DNA from: Calditrichia bacterium
Lineage (GTDB): Bacteria > Calditrichota > Calditrichia > JAJRVZ01
NCBI GenBank assembly: GCA_963796965.1
Contig: CAWCNS010000008.1
Coordinates: 332,379-396,378, forward strand
Reading direction: 5' to 3'
DNA: 64,000 nt
The notes beneath the pieces are model-generated. The model was not told where the DNA came from, ran no database searches, and saw only the letters and a list, made by a program, of their open reading frames with translations. Positions 18,846 to 30,268 of this stretch are shown in pieces. The translations under genes were made by a program, and so were the position numbers. Each line of letters opens with the position of its first letter. The stretch's first letter is position 1.

Positions 18846-18967
18846 TGGCACAAATTCAAGTGAAGAGGGCCAGATTTCTGCTTTCTGATCACCTGTATTC
18901 CTTTAACTTAATCTTTGAATTGTAAAATCATCGCTCCTACTTCAATGTGATTACAATCTAAATGACA

Positions 18968-20654
18968 TTAAGGTCTGGTATAGGTTGGAGAAATCTCAAA
19001 AGTTAAGTTCTGTGTATCAGAAACCACTAAGTCCCCCCATACCGTAATGAGATTATCATGATATTCTTTAATGACCCCCCATCGCTTCCCAATTTTAAAA
19101 ATCCTGCCAGGAAGGACAAGATCATCTGACAGTGATTCAATGATCTTAATTTGGGATTGTCCATACTTTTTATCATAGGTAATATTAGTGATCTTCCCAT
19201 CGATATGATCATCCAAAAACTCGGGAGAGAGATTGGCATTATTCTTTCCTGTCTTAATGCTCTCATCGTCAACATTATTATTTTCAAAAACAGGCATGGT
19301 CACGGTATTTTTGGAGACGACTAAGGCTCCTTTTCCATTTTCCCTGATGATATTATTTCGAATAATGGAAGCCTGCATATAGGCAAAGGCATTTGAGTAG
19401 GATACGCCATAATCATTGGGATGATTTATAATGATATTATCCTCAAGTTCCAAATAGGCGTCCACACTCTGAAGCCCCCCACCCGGGTTTTCAAATATGA
19501 CATTATTAATGATCCTCGCTCTGCCTTCCTTGCTTAATCGGATACCACCAACACCCCCCCCAAGCGTCCAGTTCCCGGCGACAATATTATCCTTAATCAA
19601 TGGATTACTCTGCTTCATTAAATAAATGCCGCCACCATCATCATCACCAATATTTCCTAATATCCAGTTTCCTTCTATGACCGGATAAGAAAAATACTCA
19701 CAATAAATACCCCCGGCATCACTACGACCTCTGGCCTCATTGGCAACTATAACATTATTGCGAATAAGTGGGCGGGCCTCAAAAGCACATGAAATCGCTC
19801 CGCCATTGCTGCTACGCGTTCTTGAAAGATCATTCATACCTGCTATATTACCAACAAATACATTGTTTTCCAGGACAGCCTGCAACCCTCCAACCATCCG
19901 ATTTCTATCAATTTCTGTTTCTGGGGCTCCCTTTAATCTCACCCACCCATAGAAAGCAATACCAGCGCCATTTCCGATTGAAGTTCTATTACCTAAAAAC
20001 AAATTATTTTTGATAACGGGAACAGCATTAAACATACAGGCGATACCTCCACCATGAATACCATCCTGATGGATACGGGTATCATTAAATTCTTTTGGCT
20101 CTGCAACCAAATTGTTTATTATTTGGTTATTTGTGATAGTAGGAGAGGTATCGTCGCAGAGAATCCCGCCTCCATGCGCCTGGGCCAAACCATTCGAGAC
20201 AACAAATCCATCAATTCTGGATGAATCTGCGGCAATAACAACACGCCTTACCCCCTCCCCATCGAGAAATGTTTTATTCTTGATGATGTCTCGCTTCCAC
20301 TTTTCCGAGTTGAATCCACCATATAGATCAATCAGAGGATGCATCGTAATCGTACCTTGATTATAGATGCCCGATGCAACAAAAATAGCCGTCTTCACAC
20401 GAGAAAAGCTAGCTTCTTTAATAGCATAGTGTATTGTCTTCCATGGTTTCTTCGCGGAGCCATCCCCGAATTTATCAGAGCCTGAATTCACAGACACATA
20501 ATAAATGCTTTTATACACTATCGATTACAACCTCTTCAGTTTTTGGTCCGACAAGATCGATATTTCGGATTGTTGAGGATGATGCAATGGATTGATCACT
20601 GATAAATAGACATGCAAAAACAAATATAAAAGTAAAAAGTTTTTTACAATTCAT
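18968..20654 (-). CDS. Right-handed parallel beta-helix (pectin lyase-fold, DUF1565-like N-terminus) secreted protein; frameshift near 20515
   Basis: YYVS..GDGSAKKPWKTI, repeated GGGI..S.P.I.NN; signal peptide MNCKKTFTFIFVFACLF lies upstream in another frame. Confidence 0.78.
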
Positions 20655-20770
20655 GATTGTCCTTTAATTGTTTAGTAATTGACCTCTCACAATATCCCCC
20701 TCCTTAGCTGGCGTAATATCAGTTAATTCGCATCAATCTTAGTGCGTGAATGTTCTTTTCCCCCTTGGAA

Positions 20771-20980
20771 GGGGCAGTTGCAGTATCACTTTTTATACAG
20801 ACTTTTGATATATGAAAGGTCTGTCTCCCCCTTGGGAAAGGGGGATTAAGGGGGATGTAAAATTTATCTATGTTATGTATAAACAACCCCCTCGCCCCCT
20901 TTGTTAAGGGGGAATAGATTTTGCTTAATCTATAGAAAAATACACTTTTGTCCAAAAACATTCTAAACTGCAACAGCCCC
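20771..20980. mobile_element. 210-bp MITE with 16-bp imperfect TIRs and 4-bp target duplication (GGAA)
   Basis: Left end GGGGCAGTTGCAGTAT; right end reverse complement GGGGCTGTTGCAGTTT; GGAA at 20767-20770 and 20981-20984. Confidence 0.8.
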
Positions 20981-21085
20981 GGAAAAGGGGGAATAAATAT
21001 TGCTTATTTGAACAGATAATTACATTTTTCTGATAAAATTATATAATCTACAACGACACATAACGAGGCGAATTAAATGGAGTGG

Positions 21086-23935
21086 TTAATCCAAATTAAT
21101 CTTTACCTCTGTCAAAACTGGAGAATATGCCCCATTCTCCGTTTCAAAGACTGCCTGGTATTGAATCCATTCTCCATCAGGAAGGTTTTTTATGTTCTGA
21201 CCGGATGCTTCATAGAAACTATCTTTTCCTTCAGGACCTTCCCATTCTGTTGACTCGAGTTCATCTCTACTGCTTGCCGATCTCAACTGAAACTTAATGG
21301 AGGACTGATGTGGCATTTCGCCTTTCCATCTAATCTGATGGGGAGTTCTATTTCCGATCTGATAGGCAGATGAAGTGTATGTATTAACAAATGATCGATC
21401 ACGAATATGACCGATATCGATTCCCACATCATAGTGTACACCAACCGTGGGAATTTCTAATCGATTGTTGGGGCTAAAACCTTTTGTGCCACCCCAGTAA
21501 ATCAACGAATTCGTATGATGGTCACCAAACTTTCCAATCTCAGCATAACTGCCGTCATGGCGGTGGCAGAAGAAGAAGATATCCTCAAATCCATCCCGGT
21601 TGAAGTCAGACACGATTGAACCCGTTGCACCATCCGTGGGTAACTTAATACTGTTATCCAGCGAATAACCACTTTTTGAACCAAGCAATACTGTTGAATG
21701 CCAGGATCGTTTACCATTTCCTTTATAAAAGGGGCAGACCAGATCAAGCCAACCATCTGTATTGACATCAGCCACACACATCGTTTTTGCCATCACCGGA
21801 ATTGTCTCTGATTGATCTGATAAAAATTGGCCTCCCTCCATTTGGTAATATATGAGGACATTTTTATCATGAGCGAAAGCAATATCGAGTAATCCATCTT
21901 TATTCAAATCCGCCACACCTGGAGTTCCAGATCCATTACTCTTCTCTATCCTCTCTCTTCTTTCTTCTGCAAAAGTTCGGCTACCATCGCCATAGAATAT
22001 AGAAGCCTCCCCCCACGGACCTTGTTGGCCAAAAACAAGATCCAGGTCTCCATCGCCATTGAGATCGCAGACGGCGACTGCTCTTGTTTGCACAAGTGGC
22101 AGCACCGTTCGCTCGGTCAGCGGCCAACCTTGTGCTCCTCCCCAGTAAATAAAGCTACCAGGCGAAGGATCTTCTTTCTCCAATCCGGGGAAAGCATGTC
22201 CATTAGAAATGATAACATCGAGATAACCATCGTGATCCAAATCGGCGACCTCCACACCGAGGCTAGCATAGGCTGGCAATCCACTTTTCCGCCAGGAATC
22301 AAATGTATTTTTTTCGTTCCAATAAACCCATACCTCATTGGCCTCCCGGGTCACTTCACCACGGTTCATTAGGAGCACATCCACCTCTCCATCATCATCA
22401 AGATCGGTGAAGGCCTGTTCATAGGCTTCTCTTCCAGGGAGATCAATTTTATCCTCAATCGAATACAATCCCTCTTTATTACCGAAATACAGATAGTTAG
22501 GATCGTAATCGCCCCGCGAATTTCCCATCATTGAGGTGATTAAAATGTCCAAATGCCCATCGCCATTTAAGTCTGCTATGGCATTTCCCTGAGCACCATG
22601 TTCATAGAGTGGGGTACGTTTTGTTTTTTGAAAACCTTCCGGTCCATTCCAATAGATAAAAGAGGGGACCTCATAAGAATAATGTTCCTGAAAGTTACAA
22701 ACAAACAAATCGATCCAGCCATCGTTGTTAAGATCTTGAGCATTGGCGCCCCATGCCCCGATGGTCGGTATCGGTTGACGATTATTTTGGGAAAAACCTT
22801 CCGCTGAACCAAAATAAATATAAGAGTCAATCAGGCGATTGGCTTTTTTGGGGTCTCCACTGAGGGAATACTGATGATTGCTAAAAAAAACGTCAGCAAA
22901 CGAATCATTATTAAAATCTGCAACAACAGCATCCTTTGCTGCATACGTTTCGAATTCTACTCGATGTTCCTGTTTAAAAGTTCCGTATTGATTAAGATAA
23001 GCAAATGATGTGTTACCCATCTCATTGGCAAAGATTATATCGGGTAGACCATCATTATTTATATCTCCAACTTCCACAGCGTGCGGCTTATGGGTTGGAA
23101 GCGTGGTTAAGTTATCTTCCCTAAATCCTTTCTTGGAGCCATAATACAGAAAAGATTCCTTGCCATCGCCGTTTGAAAAAACCAGGTCCGGCCAATTATC
23201 TTCATTCAGATCGGCAACCACCACATCTGTTGCGCCTTTTGTCATCAGATTGGTGAACTTCTTCTCATCAAAGCCATCCGCCGAACCCCAGTAGATTCTC
23301 GATGGCGAACCACCCACTTTGTTTTTATCACGATATTCCCAGAAACCACCCGAAAATGCAAAGACAATATCTTTATACCCATCCCTGTTAAAATCACCTA
23401 TGGCTGGTTTTTGCGCATTCGAAGAAGGAAGTTCGATTCGTTTGTTAAAGGGATAGAAGGCCCATTCTTCATCCCCCGGTTTATAAGATTTATCTTTTAG
23501 ACCTCCATAATAAACAAATGATGGCATATCCGTCCAGGTACCATTGGAGTAATTCGCTACGACTAAATCCATCTCACCATCATCATTCAGATCCCCCGGC
23601 GCTACCCACATGGGTCCATTGGCCGGAACATAACTATGGTCTCTTATGCTAAAATCTTTACCATTACCCCAATAAATCGACATGTCCAACATTTCAATGA
23701 GAGGATGTGAATTAGCTGCAAGGATATCCACATGACTATCATTATTAACATCCCAGCGATTGATCATCTGGATTCGGCCCTTCTTTGATACATACCAATT
23801 CGCGCCGGCATCGTCAAAAGTACCATCGACAAAATCTTCAAAAGAATTCTCTACCCACACATCCTGGGCGATAAGCGGTGCCATCGTCAAATTAACAACC
23901 CAGAGGAGTAGGATATAACATAGAACCTTTTTCAT
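21086..23935 (-). CDS. Secreted FG-GAP/VCBS repeat protein
   Basis: More than 12 DxNxDGxxD Ca-binding repeats with YWG/YFG strands; signal peptide. Confidence 0.88.
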   Translation of the reverse strand: MKKVLCYILLLWVVNLTMAPLIAQDVWVENSFEDFVDGTFDDAGANWYVSKKGRIQMINRWDVNNDSHVDILAANSHPLIEMLDMSIYWGNGKDFSIRDHSYVPANGPMWVAPGDLNDDGEMDLVVANYSNGTWTDMPSFVYYGGLKDKSYKPGDEEWAFYPFNKRIELPSSNAQKPAIGDFNRDGYKDIVFAFSGGFWEYRDKNKVGGSPSRIYWGSADGFDEKKFTNLMTKGATDVVVADLNEDNWPDLVFSNGDGKESFLYYGSKKGFREDNLTTLPTHKPHAVEVGDINNDGLPDIIFANEMGNTSFAYLNQYGTFKQEHRVEFETYAAKDAVVADFNNDSFADVFFSNHQYSLSGDPKKANRLIDSYIYFGSAEGFSQNNRQPIPTIGAWGANAQDLNNDGWIDLFVCNFQEHYSYEVPSFIYWNGPEGFQKTKRTPLYEHGAQGNAIADLNGDGHLDILITSMMGNSRGDYDPNYLYFGNKEGLYSIEDKIDLPGREAYEQAFTDLDDDGEVDVLLMNRGEVTREANEVWVYWNEKNTFDSWRKSGLPAYASLGVEVADLDHDGYLDVIISNGHAFPGLEKEDPSPGSFIYWGGAQGWPLTERTVLPLVQTRAVAVCDLNGDGDLDLVFGQQGPWGEASIFYGDGSRTFAEERRERIEKSNGSGTPGVADLNKDGLLDIAFAHDKNVLIYYQMEGGQFLSDQSETIPVMAKTMCVADVNTDGWLDLVCPFYKGNGKRSWHSTVLLGSKSGYSLDNSIKLPTDGATGSIVSDFNRDGFEDIFFFCHRHDGSYAEIGKFGDHHTNSLIYWGGTKGFSPNNRLEIPTVGVHYDVGIDIGHIRDRSFVNTYTSSAYQIGNRTPHQIRWKGEMPHQSSIKFQLRSASSRDELESTEWEGPEGKDSFYEASGQNIKNLPDGEWIQYQAVFETENGAYSPVLTEVKINLD

Positions 23936-24023
23936 AGTTTTCTCTCTTTACAACTGTAGGTAATATCAGATATACTTATTATATCTAAAAATATGTGTGC
24001 TTTCCCACAATAAATTCTTTATC

Positions 24024-24107
24024 TAACGCAGAGAACGCAGAGTCTTAAATATTTAATTTTAAAGAATATATCGTGTTTTTCTTTGCGCCCTTTGCGAACT
24101 CTGCGTT
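24024..24107. repeat. Family A element
   Basis: TAACGCAGAGAACGCAGAG ... CTTTGCGCCCTTTGCGAACTCTGCGTTT. Confidence 0.8.
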
Positions 24108-24208
24108 TAATAATACCCTAATCTTAACTCAGTGGATATTTTATTTATCTTAACTCTAATGCATAGAATATTTAATCAATAATTAATTAAAGATAAAAGA
24201 TAAAGAAA

Positions 24209-24317
24209 TAATGACAAATGACCAAGCCCAAATACCAATTCAAATCCCAATGAGGAAATTTCAAATTGCGATCATCCATTATCAGTTATTTATTGGAAAT
24301 TAGGATTTTGATATTTG
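24209..24317. repeat. Family B element (degenerate)
   Basis: AATGACAAATGACCAAGCCCAAATACCAA ... TTGGAAATTAGGATTTTGATATTTG. Confidence 0.6.
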
Positions 24318-24431
24318 TACTTCAATTAAATATATCTTTCCTCTTTACCCATTTTTTATTACTCTTATCAAGATTTGATAAATAATTTACGCACTGAGAT
24401 TATTCCATCTTTTAGGGAGGTTCTTTTGGTA

Positions 24432-27400
24432 ATGAAACTAAGTACTGCCCTGGTTATCCTCTTCTCGTTATTTTTAATCTTTATCTCAATAGAATGTTCT
24501 ACAGAGCAGAAAATTTCCGCTTCTCTTGAGAGGAACTTTATATCACCCCCGCGCGAAGCACGTCCCAATGTTATGTGGTGGTGGTTGAACAGTTATATTA
24601 ACGAGGAAGGAATCACCCGTGATTTGGAGGAAATGAAAAAACAGGGCATCGGCGGAGCCCTGATCTTTGATGCCGCACCCGTAGACCGTTGGAAGCCCAA
24701 GGATGTTGAACCGGCCCCGATAGGTCCCCCTTTTATGAGTGAAAGATGGCGGGAATTATTTCGTCACGCTATTCGGGAGGCGGATCGTTTAGACCTGGAA
24801 TTAGGTGTAAGTATGACAAGTGGCTTCAATGCCGGCGGACCCTGGGTGACGCCAGAATTTGGACAACAGGAAATAGTTTGGTCTGAATTAGTCGTTGACG
24901 CCTCTACGTCTTCTCCCATCCATTTACCACTTCCCTCTGGACCAATTTATGGCGAAAATGGCGAATTACTAACCTATAATGAAATGAAGGTGGATAATGA
25001 TCTAATACACGATAAGGATGGATTACCTCTTCATTATAAAGATATTGCTGTATTAGCCCTTCCAATAAACAACAATTCCTACATTTCTGCTGCTACCAAA
25101 CCAACATCGCAAAGGAATCGTCTCAAAAACTGGGCATTAAAATCTGTACATAGTTTTGATTATCCTGAGGATAAAGGTTTTAAGTTCGATGCTGTTTATG
25201 AAAATGTTCAAGGGATTTCAGATGAGTTAAAAATCGATAAAGAATCCATCATTGATCTGACTGGCCATTTACAGGAGAACGGATACCTGAATTGGCAGGT
25301 ACCGCAAGGGAAATGGATGATCCTTCGTTTTGGCCATACGCATACAGATATCAGGTTACAAGCAACCAATCCGCATAACGAAGGATTAGCGATGAACCAT
25401 CTCAGCCAGGAAGCAGCGAAAAGCCATTTTGATGAGATCGGTAAAAAAATGCTTGAAGACATATCTGCCACCGGTGTACAAAGCCTCATCTATTTTTATC
25501 TGGACAGTTGGGAAGTGCGTATCACCAACTGGACTGCTGGTTTTCGTACTGAATTTAAAAAGCGCAGAGGCTATGACATGACACCCTATCTCCCTGTTTT
25601 ATCGGGAATCATAGTTGAAAATCGCGAAATTTCTAATCGTTTTCTTCATGACTACCGTATGACTATTGGCGACTGCATTGCTGATAATTACTATGGAACA
25701 TTCGGAGATCTTTCCCGTCAAAATGGCTTGCAGTTCCGGGCAGAAATGGCCACGACTCCTATTCCGGTGGATATGTTAAAATGCCTTGGCCGCGTTGATC
25801 TTCCATTTGGGGAGTTCTGGACGGAAACAGATTTACCAAAAGGACGCATTGAGCCCTGGGAAAGGAAGTTTGGTAAACAGGCTGCATCTGCCGCCCATAT
25901 TTATGGAAAAAAATATAGTGCTGCTGAAGCGTTAACGGTTATTCAGAAACATTGGGAGCATAGCCCCTTTCAGTTAAAAAAAACAGTCGATCAGGCTTTA
26001 TGTTCAGGGATAAACAGATTGATGATCCACACTTTTACCCATTCTCCGCTCGGAGTTAAAGCACCAGGATATGAATATTTCGCAGGAACTCATTTTAATC
26101 CACAGATAACCTGGTGGAACCAGGCCCACGCTTTTACAGATTACATTAGTCGTTGTCAGTATTTATTACAACAGGGACATTTTGTTGCCGATGTTTGTTT
26201 TTACCAGGGGGATCAGATACCTGCATTTGTTCCGATGAAACAATCTCAGCCCGGCTTAGGTGATGGATACGATTATGATATCGTAAATACAGAAGTTATC
26301 CTAAGTCGCATGTCTGTTGATGAAGGCTGGCTAGTCCTGCCCGATGGTATGCGCTATCGATTAATGGTACTTCCGGAGACAGATATGATTAATCCTGCTG
26401 TACTACAAAAAATCAGAGATTTAGTGCAACAAGGTGCAACCGTAATCGGGGCAAAGCCAACAATGGCCTATGGATTAGAAAATTATCCACAGAGCGACTC
26501 ATTAATTAAAATAATTGCAGGACAACTGTGGGGTGATTGTGACGGTGAGGCGATTAAGGAAAATGCTTTTGGGAAAGGAAGAATTATTAATGGAAAAACA
26601 GCCCGGGAGGTTCTCACGAATAATGACATCCCTCCGGATTTTGAATTTAAATGCACGCAAAAAGACGCTGACATTGATTATATCCACCGGCATATCTCAA
26701 AGGGATCTGATGATATCGATATTTACTTTGTCATTAATTCAAGAGAACGTTGGGAGGAGATTGAATGTACTTTCAGGATTGACAATCGGGTACCGGAGGT
26801 CTGGGACCCGGGAACTGGTAAGATAATTGAACAATTGATTTATAACCACAGGGATGGTCATTTGACGATGCCCCTGCGTCTTCCACCTTTTGGATCAGCT
26901 TATATCGTTTTTCGTAAACCTTCCGGTCAAATACATGTTAACAGCATCACCCGGAATTCTGAGTTTATTTATCCGGGAGGGAATTATCCAGTAGTAGATA
27001 TCCCAATCATGGACATCAAATTAGCTGGCAATAATCAATTATTGATTGAGGCCTGGCAGGCTGGTACCTATCTGATGGGTATGAATACTGGCCAGGAGGT
27101 CAGGGCCAGTTTCTCCCCGCCTCAGCAACCATTCAGACTGAACGGAATCTGGAAAATAAAATTTCCATGCGGCTGGGGAGCTCCCGATTCTGTTAGTATT
27201 AAAAAATTAATCTCATGGACAAATTTCCCTGTCGAGGGGATTAAATATTTTTCCGGTACGGCGACATATGAAACCGATTTCTTGATTGAAGCAATCCAGT
27301 TACGTCCAAACACATCGTATTATCTTGACCTAGGTGTGGTCAAAGATATGGCCGAAATAGTACTCAACGACCAGAAACTACCTATTCTCTGGAAAAAACC

Positions 27401-27629
27401 ATTTCGGGCTGATATTACACCCTGGCTACAATCAGGGCAAAACAGAGTGGAAATAAAAATCACAAATCTCTGGCCGAATCGGTTGATAGGCGATCAATGG
27501 CTTCCCAAAGAAGCGAGATACACCTATACAAATATTGGTAAATTTACAAAAGATTCACCCCTAATTGAATCTGGTTTAAGTGGACCCGTACAAATATATC
27601 GCGTGGCTCAGCAGGTAGTTGATTTTTAA
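24432..27629 (+). CDS. GH106-like (alpha-L-rhamnosidase family) glycoside hydrolase with C-terminal GH2-type sugar-binding domain
   Basis: PPREARPNVMWWW, GITRDLE.MK..GIGG, GGPWVTPE, LDSWE, GEFW, ASAAHIYGK..AAEA, YFSGTATY, NLWPNRLIGD; GGAGG before ATG 24432. Confidence 0.85.
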   Translation: MKLSTALVILFSLFLIFISIECSTEQKISASLERNFISPPREARPNVMWWWLNSYINEEGITRDLEEMKKQGIGGALIFDAAPVDRWKPKDVEPAPIGPPFMSERWRELFRHAIREADRLDLELGVSMTSGFNAGGPWVTPEFGQQEIVWSELVVDASTSSPIHLPLPSGPIYGENGELLTYNEMKVDNDLIHDKDGLPLHYKDIAVLALPINNNSYISAATKPTSQRNRLKNWALKSVHSFDYPEDKGFKFDAVYENVQGISDELKIDKESIIDLTGHLQENGYLNWQVPQGKWMILRFGHTHTDIRLQATNPHNEGLAMNHLSQEAAKSHFDEIGKKMLEDISATGVQSLIYFYLDSWEVRITNWTAGFRTEFKKRRGYDMTPYLPVLSGIIVENREISNRFLHDYRMTIGDCIADNYYGTFGDLSRQNGLQFRAEMATTPIPVDMLKCLGRVDLPFGEFWTETDLPKGRIEPWERKFGKQAASAAHIYGKKYSAAEALTVIQKHWEHSPFQLKKTVDQALCSGINRLMIHTFTHSPLGVKAPGYEYFAGTHFNPQITWWNQAHAFTDYISRCQYLLQQGHFVADVCFYQGDQIPAFVPMKQSQPGLGDGYDYDIVNTEVILSRMSVDEGWLVLPDGMRYRLMVLPETDMINPAVLQKIRDLVQQGATVIGAKPTMAYGLENYPQSDSLIKIIAGQLWGDCDGEAIKENAFGKGRIINGKTAREVLTNNDIPPDFEFKCTQKDADIDYIHRHISKGSDDIDIYFVINSRERWEEIECTFRIDNRVPEVWDPGTGKIIEQLIYNHRDGHLTMPLRLPPFGSAYIVFRKPSGQIHVNSITRNSEFIYPGGNYPVVDIPIMDIKLAGNNQLLIEAWQAGTYLMGMNTGQEVRASFSPPQQPFRLNGIWKIKFPCGWGAPDSVSIKKLISWTNFPVEGIKYFSGTATYETDFLIEAIQLRPNTSYYLDLGVVKDMAEIVLNDQKLPILWKKPFRADITPWLQSGQNRVEIKITNLWPNRLIGDQWLPKEARYTYTNIGKFTKDSPLIESGLSGPVQIYRVAQQVVDF

Positions 27630-27643
27630 TATTCTCAATGAAT

Positions 27644-28546
27644 TTAGTTGATCAGATTTTTGATATTCTCTTCCATTGTTGAAATAAAATCTCCCTGTGC
27701 TGGTATATTGGCACAGGGACTATATACAACACATTTTACTCCCAATTTAGCCAGATCCTGTTCAACACCAGCCAAGGGTTTCCCTTCCCAGAGCATAATT
27801 TTAGCAGGATTCTTTTTAAATTTATCTTTAAATGATTTCCACTGATTTTCAGAAGGCTCTTCACCAGGTTCCCAATGTTCGGACATAATTGAGAGACCAT
27901 AACCTTCGGCTAAATATTGATAGACCGGATGCGATCCATATAGAGTATTTGATTTGAGAGATGTTGTCAGTTCAACCATTTTTACATCTAAGGCGATGAG
28001 CTGCTTTGCCAAATCATCAAAATTTGTTTCGAATAATCCTTTCTGTTCAGGCATCTTTTTAACCAGAGCATTTTTAATGGACTCTGCTTGTTTGAGGGCA
28101 TTCTTAAAATCCAACCATGTAGTGAATGCATATCCATGATGGACATGTTCACCCTCAGGGCCATGACTATGGGTGGTTCCTGCTTCCAGATTGATGTATT
28201 TATCTTTAAACGATGAGGAGGTGGTTAGAATCTTTGAGGAAGGCAAACTAACTTTTGCCATCCATTTGGCATAGTCTGCACCATTGGCAAGAATCAGGTC
28301 GGCCTGTTGGAATTCACCAATTGCCTTTTGATCTGGTTTCCAATACGCCGGATCTTCACCGGGAGTTATATTATAAATTGCCTCAATCTGATCCCCACCA
28401 ATTTTCTTCGCAAAAAAGTGTAGGGGATAATTAACCGAAATGACAGTAATTTTTGATGACGATTTTTCTTTCTGTACATCTTCCGTTTTTTGACATCCCA
28501 GGATTAAGATAAAAGAAAAAAGAAAAAAGAAAAAAACTGGTTTCAT
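27644..28546 (-). CDS. ZnuA-family metal ABC transporter substrate-binding lipoprotein
   Basis: ILGC lipobox; NYPL.FFA..IGG; ADLILANG; His-rich THSHGPEGEHVH; FTTWLD; SHPVYQY. Confidence 0.85.
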   Translation of the reverse strand: MKPVFFFFLFSFILILGCQKTEDVQKEKSSSKITVISVNYPLHFFAKKIGGDQIEAIYNITPGEDPAYWKPDQKAIGEFQQADLILANGADYAKWMAKVSLPSSKILTTSSSFKDKYINLEAGTTHSHGPEGEHVHHGYAFTTWLDFKNALKQAESIKNALVKKMPEQKGLFETNFDDLAKQLIALDVKMVELTTSLKSNTLYGSHPVYQYLAEGYGLSIMSEHWEPGEEPSENQWKSFKDKFKKNPAKIMLWEGKPLAGVEQDLAKLGVKCVVYSPCANIPAQGDFISTMEENIKNLIN

Positions 28547-28845
28547 GATAAATTCCCACTATTTATCTACTGCCTCGAATTTTTACCACAGAGGGACACA
28601 GAACAATACTGAATATTAGACAACTATTACAGCCAAATTTTGCAATAAAGAAATTCTTTAAAACTGACTATCCCCGATGCCCCACCGTTCCACTCACCAA
28701 CCAACGACATTTATATGCCTGGATCAGGGTTATATAAACCGCCCTCGTATTTTTGAAGAAGATTGTAGACATACAAAATAATAGTAAAAAAAGGAAATTG
28801 AGTTTATACAATTAAGAGAGATCTTCCAGTTAAAGATTGGTCTGT

Positions 28846-29418
28846 TTACCCACTTATATTTCTCATACGAAATGAAATAATAATTAGGGCAATACCTCCA
28901 ACCAGAGCGAATAAACCAACCAACCAGACTATGGTCATAGCCGAAACCACAGGATTTGCCAGAAGTAGAAGAGCAAATATGACTGAAAGGACCCCACCGA
29001 AAATCATAGACCATTCGTTTTTGATGGTTTTCCGCAAACGAAATCCGGTAATTATACTCCAAATACCCGAGGCCAATACCATAAAGGCAATCAGATAAAT
29101 TAAAAAGGTCGCTCCAATAACCGTACTCATAAGGGGTTGTGTAAATATCACAATACCGGCAAGCGTGCTAATGATACCAACAAACACACCCCAACCCCAA
29201 TCTTTATGTGATTTTCTGCCACGGATCGCTTCAATAATGGCAAGAATACCATCAAAAAACCAGTAAAATCCCAGAAACATGATTAATACCATGAGTGTGG
29301 GCAATGGTCTGGAGATTAGAAATATACCCATTAGAAGAATTAAAAGTCCCCTTAACAATACCAACCACCAGATGGAGGACAACATCTGTTTGACGCTTGT
29401 TTTTTCTTCTGCAGACAT
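28846..29418 (-). CDS. HdeD/DUF308-family membrane protein
   Basis: WWLVLLRG start; six TM segments in a duplicated arrangement. Confidence 0.85.
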   Translation of the reverse strand: MSAEEKTSVKQMLSSIWWLVLLRGLLILLMGIFLISRPLPTLMVLIMFLGFYWFFDGILAIIEAIRGRKSHKDWGWGVFVGIISTLAGIVIFTQPLMSTVIGATFLIYLIAFMVLASGIWSIITGFRLRKTIKNEWSMIFGGVLSVIFALLLLANPVVSAMTIVWLVGLFALVGGIALIIISFRMRNISG

Positions 29419-29580
29419 GACATGTCTCCTGTTTTAGATGACTATGGGATATCAATTATCAATCAATTGATCTGAATTTAAATGTACACCGATCTACAAT
29501 TGTAAGAAAGAGCAACAAGAGGTCTGAAAATTGTAAAATAACTCCGCCACTAAAAGTAAATTTTTCAATCTTTCACATAT

Positions 29581-30195
29581 TTAGTCAAGTTGGAATCCCA
29601 CACCCATGTTAAATACCCAGTACCATTTGTCTTTATAAAAAGATTTGTCCAGCCAGAAGGGTGTAAAATTGAATCCCAGGTATGTATTCTCACTGACAAA
29701 TGCGTTAATACCCAGGGGTAAAGCAATAGAGAGGCTGGTCAGGGATCTTGTTCCGGTCATAATATTATCGTCATCTTGTATCTCAATCAAGCCACTGATT
29801 GCAAAGTCAACACCGGTTGACTGAAAACCAAAACCAAAACCCACATACGGCGTCCAATTCTTGTCAGGAGTAAAATAGTACTTACTAGTCAAATAAACGC
29901 TTAATGTTTTATAACTCTGCCATGATTTGGTATCAAGAGAGATATCATAGGAGTCTTCTGACCAGGAATATCCCAAATTAGCGCCAACGGCAAATTTTGA
30001 ATCGTGAATCATCCTTTCAAAAGTTGTATTAAGACCATAAGTGAACAAATTATTTTGTGTGGCGGCGCTCTGAGTCTCCAGAAATCCCAAATTAATTGTC
30101 CAGAGAGTGACATCGTCCTTAATCTGTGCTTCAGCATTACTGAAAGAAAACACAAAAACCAATAAACAGGATAAAATCAAAAATATTCTTGCCAT
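29581..30195 (-). CDS. Small outer-membrane beta-barrel protein (OmpA/OmpW-like)
   Basis: Signal peptide; KYYF..WTPYVGFGFG; terminal NMGVGFQL strand. Confidence 0.7.
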   Translation of the reverse strand: MARIFLILSCLLVFVFSFSNAEAQIKDDVTLWTINLGFLETQSAATQNNLFTYGLNTTFERMIHDSKFAVGANLGYSWSEDSYDISLDTKSWQSYKTLSVYLTSKYYFTPDKNWTPYVGFGFGFQSTGVDFAISGLIEIQDDDNIMTGTRSLTSLSIALPLGINAFVSENTYLGFNFTPFWLDKSFYKDKWYWVFNMGVGFQLD

Positions 30196-30268
30196 GATAT
30201 TCCCCTTTGATATTTAATTGATATGTCAGTGAACTATAATTATAAAATAAATATAAATGGAAGTAAAA

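Noticed and set aside
20719..20973. 84-aa ORF (SPLTKGARG, PLNPPFPRG)
   Set aside because: It is a translation of the MITE and family D palindromes, not a credible protein
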